Shown piece by piece: positions 61,461 through 64,000 of a stretch of 64,000 bases of DNA (positions are counted from its first letter, which is position 1; every line of letters starts with the position of its first letter). This stretch comes from Bacteroidota bacterium (GTDB lineage: Bacteria; Bacteroidota; Bacteroidia; Bacteroidales; UBA12077): contig JAHLLG010000002.1 of NCBI GenBank assembly GCA_020444275.1, positions 481,991 to 545,990 of the forward strand, in the 5' to 3' direction. The position numbers were made by a program, and so were the translations under genes. The notes under the pieces were generated by a model. It saw only the letters and a program-made list of their open reading frames with translations. It was not told the origin of the DNA and did no database searches.

Positions 61461-63860
61461 ATGATAAAAAATTATTTTAAAACAGCTTTTAGAATATTAA
61501 CCCGTAACAAAGTATTTTCATTAATTAATATTTTGGGTTTATCTATTGCGCTAACAAGTGTATTAGTTATCTTCCTTTTTATTACTCATGAAATTAATTT
61601 CGATCGATTTCATTCAAATTTTGATCGGATTTATAGAGTGAACAGCAAGCAAATAAAAAATGGGGTTGAAAGTTTCAGTAGTACCGTTCCGGTTCCATTA
61701 GGTACAGCATTAAAGCAAGAGTTGACGGGTCATGATTGTGTAACCCAAATTTATTTTAGAAATGAAGAACTATTAAGAGTTGGTCAAGAGAAATATATGC
61801 AAAAAGGATTACTATTTGCTGATACAAATTACACCAAAGTATTTGATGTTAATTTTATATCGGGTAATCCAAATGATTTAAAAGACCCGAATACCCTATT
61901 TTTATCAGAAGAGTTGGCCAATAAATACTTCGGATCTTTAAATGATGCCTTAGGTGAAGAGATTGTCATTTTTGATTCGATACATTTTACTGTAAAGGGT
62001 GTTTTTGAAGATATACCCAAAAATACACATATTGCTTATAAGTTGTTACTTTCCTGGAGCTCTTTGAGTGAAGATGTTTTCAATTTTAGTTATAATAACT
62101 GGGGCACAAGGTTGTCTGGTTTTGCAACATATCTTACCATTAAAGATGGAGGCTCATTGGATCAAGTACAATTGTTGGTTCAGCAAATTGCCGATAAGGG
62201 AAATGAATCAGCAAATCGAAATGTTGAAGAAATGTATATGCTACAACCGTTGAGTAAAATTCATTTTGATGATCGGTTTGATTCGTTTGATGATACATAC
62301 ATAACGAGTAAAAGGTTTCTGTTTACATTTATTAGTGTTGGGTTAATTATATTAGTAATTGCTTTCATAAATTTTACGAACCTATCTATTGTACAGACCA
62401 TTAAAAGAGCCAAGGAAGTTGGAATACGAAAGGTTTTGGGTGCCGATAGAATTAAATTAATTAAGCAGTTTTTAGGGGAAACATTTTTGCTTCTGCTTAT
62501 TGCTGAGATTATTGCGTTAATCTTAACCGAGATTGTGTTAGATAAGATTAATAGTATTTTAGGTAGAGGAATGGAGTTGGAGTTATATGGTAGTTTATCC
62601 ATCATATCTTTTTTAGTTATTGTTTTAGTTTTATTAACTATTCTTTCGGGAACTTATCCTGCAATGGTTTTATCTAAATACAATCCCATTCGTGCTTTAC
62701 GTTATAACATGAAGCTTGGTCGTAATAAGTCCTTTTCTTTATATAATCTGCTTGTTATCTTTCAATTTTTGATTTCTCAGATTCTAATTATAAGTGCCAT
62801 CGTTATTTCATTGCAGATTAGATACATGCAGAATAAAGATTTAGGTTTTGATAAAGATAATGTAATACTTGTTTGGCTTCCTGGTACCGAGACTTCGAAA
62901 ATTAATGCTTTTACCAACCTGCTTATGCAGAATCCTGATATCAAAAGCACTTCGTTAGGAATAGGTGCACCTATTTCAGGTTCTAATATTACAGCTAGTT
63001 TTTGGGAATATGGTGTGGATGATATTGACTATTATGCTAATATAAAAACAGTAGATTCAAGTTATTACAAGCTATATAATTTAGATATTCTGGCTGGCGA
63101 TTGGTATAAAAGTGAGCAATTTAATGATTCAATATATAATATTGTAGTAAGTAAGAAACTATTAGAAAAAATTGGAATTGAAAGGCCAATTGATGCCATA
63201 GACAAAGATTTAAGAGTATTTGGAAATGTTCGAGGTAGAATTGTTGGTGTAGTTAGTGATTTCCATACATACTCGTTGCGAAGTGAGATTCCACCGGTAA
63301 TATTTATTCCGTTAAGCAGTTACTATTCGCAATTACATATTAAAACCAATGGACAATCTTACGGTGAGTTAAAAGATTACATTACTCAATGTTGGGACAA
63401 AGTATATCCTGAATATATTTATGATTATCAAATTTTGGAGGATACCATTCAGGCACGATATAGCTCAGAGAAACGTACATCAGTAATTATTAAGATATTT
63501 ACTTTTATTGCTATTGTAATTGCCTGTTTGGGTTTGTATGGTTTAGTATCATTTATGCTTGTGCAGCGAACCAAAGAGGTTGGTATAAGAAAAGCTATGG
63601 GAGCATCCGTAATATCTTTGGTAATGCTGGTCTCTAGGCAATTCTTAAAATTAGTGGTTATTTCATGTATTATGGCTTGGCCTATTGCATATTATCTGAT
63701 GAAAAACTGGTTGCAAAATTATGCTTACAAAATTGATTTGCATTTAGGTGTATTTATCCTTGCTGCAATATTATTACTAATTATAACATTTATAACTATT
63801 TTGTATCAATCCATTAAAGTGGCCAAAACAAACCCGGTTAATGTATTAAAATACGAATAA
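61461..63860 (+). CDS. FtsX/MacB-type ABC transporter permease (double FtsX domain)
   Basis: 799 aa. N-terminal MIKNYFKTAFRIL.RNK signature, two four-TM FtsX modules each preceded by a KE.GIRK..GA amphipathic motif, and large periplasmic domains. Confidence 0.9.
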   Translation: MIKNYFKTAFRILTRNKVFSLINILGLSIALTSVLVIFLFITHEINFDRFHSNFDRIYRVNSKQIKNGVESFSSTVPVPLGTALKQELTGHDCVTQIYFRNEELLRVGQEKYMQKGLLFADTNYTKVFDVNFISGNPNDLKDPNTLFLSEELANKYFGSLNDALGEEIVIFDSIHFTVKGVFEDIPKNTHIAYKLLLSWSSLSEDVFNFSYNNWGTRLSGFATYLTIKDGGSLDQVQLLVQQIADKGNESANRNVEEMYMLQPLSKIHFDDRFDSFDDTYITSKRFLFTFISVGLIILVIAFINFTNLSIVQTIKRAKEVGIRKVLGADRIKLIKQFLGETFLLLLIAEIIALILTEIVLDKINSILGRGMELELYGSLSIISFLVIVLVLLTILSGTYPAMVLSKYNPIRALRYNMKLGRNKSFSLYNLLVIFQFLISQILIISAIVISLQIRYMQNKDLGFDKDNVILVWLPGTETSKINAFTNLLMQNPDIKSTSLGIGAPISGSNITASFWEYGVDDIDYYANIKTVDSSYYKLYNLDILAGDWYKSEQFNDSIYNIVVSKKLLEKIGIERPIDAIDKDLRVFGNVRGRIVGVVSDFHTYSLRSEIPPVIFIPLSSYYSQLHIKTNGQSYGELKDYITQCWDKVYPEYIYDYQILEDTIQARYSSEKRTSVIIKIFTFIAIVIACLGLYGLVSFMLVQRTKEVGIRKAMGASVISLVMLVSRQFLKLVVISCIMAWPIAYYLMKNWLQNYAYKIDLHLGVFILAAILLLIITFITILYQSIKVAKTNPVNVLKYE

Positions 63861-63873
63861 AAGAATTATAACG

Positions 63874-64000
63874 ATGATAAAAAATTATTTCAAAATAGCA
63901 TTCAGAATACTTACAAGAAATAAAGTATTTTCTGTAATTAATATCTTTGGATTATCAGTTGCACTGACCTCTGTATTAATTATTTACCTGTTTGTTTCCA
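63874..64000 (+). CDS. second FtsX/MacB-type ABC permease paralogue, 3-prime end cut by the window edge
   Basis: The ATG at 63874 gives MIKNYFKIAFRILTRNKVFSVINIFGLSVALTSVLIIYLFVS, near-identical in pattern to the N-terminus of the preceding gene. The intergenic gap is 13 nt. Confidence 0.85.
   Translation, partial: MIKNYFKIAFRILTRNKVFSVINIFGLSVALTSVLIIYLFVS

Noticed and set aside
1-64000. Search for CRISPR arrays, tRNA/rRNA/tmRNA genes, IS elements and long direct or inverted repeats
   Set aside because: All non-coding gaps are 353 bp or shorter and AT-rich. I could not find cloverleaf-capable G+C-rich segments, regularly spaced repeats or terminal inverted repeats by eye. This is a negative result from visual inspection only.

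Overview
The window is AT-rich (roughly one third G+C by eye) and looks like a chromosomal segment of a Bacteroidota genome, probably a marine or anaerobic Bacteroidales/Marinilabiliales-like organism. Four things support that: (1) a type-B T9SS C-terminal sorting domain; (2) TAnnTTTG -7 promoter boxes; (3) near-absence of Shine-Dalgarno sequences; (4) a BT_3928-type DoxX protein and the folP-cdaA synteny. About 56 densely packed CDS fill the window. I saw no rRNA, tRNA, CRISPR array, IS element or prophage.

Most genes are housekeeping: yggS, uvrA, rsmE, prmA, tpiA, tmk, folP, cdaA, plsY, pckA, ppdK, putP, xerD, aroQ and pyk.

The loci most worth a second look:
1. 38.5-42.3 kb: a tandem pair of uncharacterised radical-SAM enzymes, a 730-aa KamA-family aminomutase-like protein and a 444-aa Cys-rich rSAM.
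2. 48.7-52.2 kb: a NifS-SelD fusion (cysteine desulfurase/selenocysteine lyase plus selenophosphate synthetase). It is co-oriented and overlapping with a secreted papain-fold protein and an SDR.
3. 53.0-58.1 kb: a four-gene envelope-glycan operon (GT-C, sulfotransferase, flippase-like protein, methyltransferase-GT2 fusion).
4. 9.0-10.8 kb: a tightly coupled SPFH, ribbon-helix-helix, unknown and Zn-ribbon operon.
5. 42.4-44.2 kb: an exported multi-domain caspase-fold protease.
6. 58.1-64.0 kb: a sigma-54 circuit. An NtrC-type regulator, kinase and GroES-like operon sits divergent from a near-consensus -24/-12 promoter with two enhancer palindromes, which drives tandem FtsX/MacB-type permeases.

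All calls come from reading the sequence and the ORF translations by eye. No similarity search, HMM scan or folding program was run. Family assignments rest on recognised motifs, and start codons were adjusted by eye where the ORF track begins on TTG/GTG.
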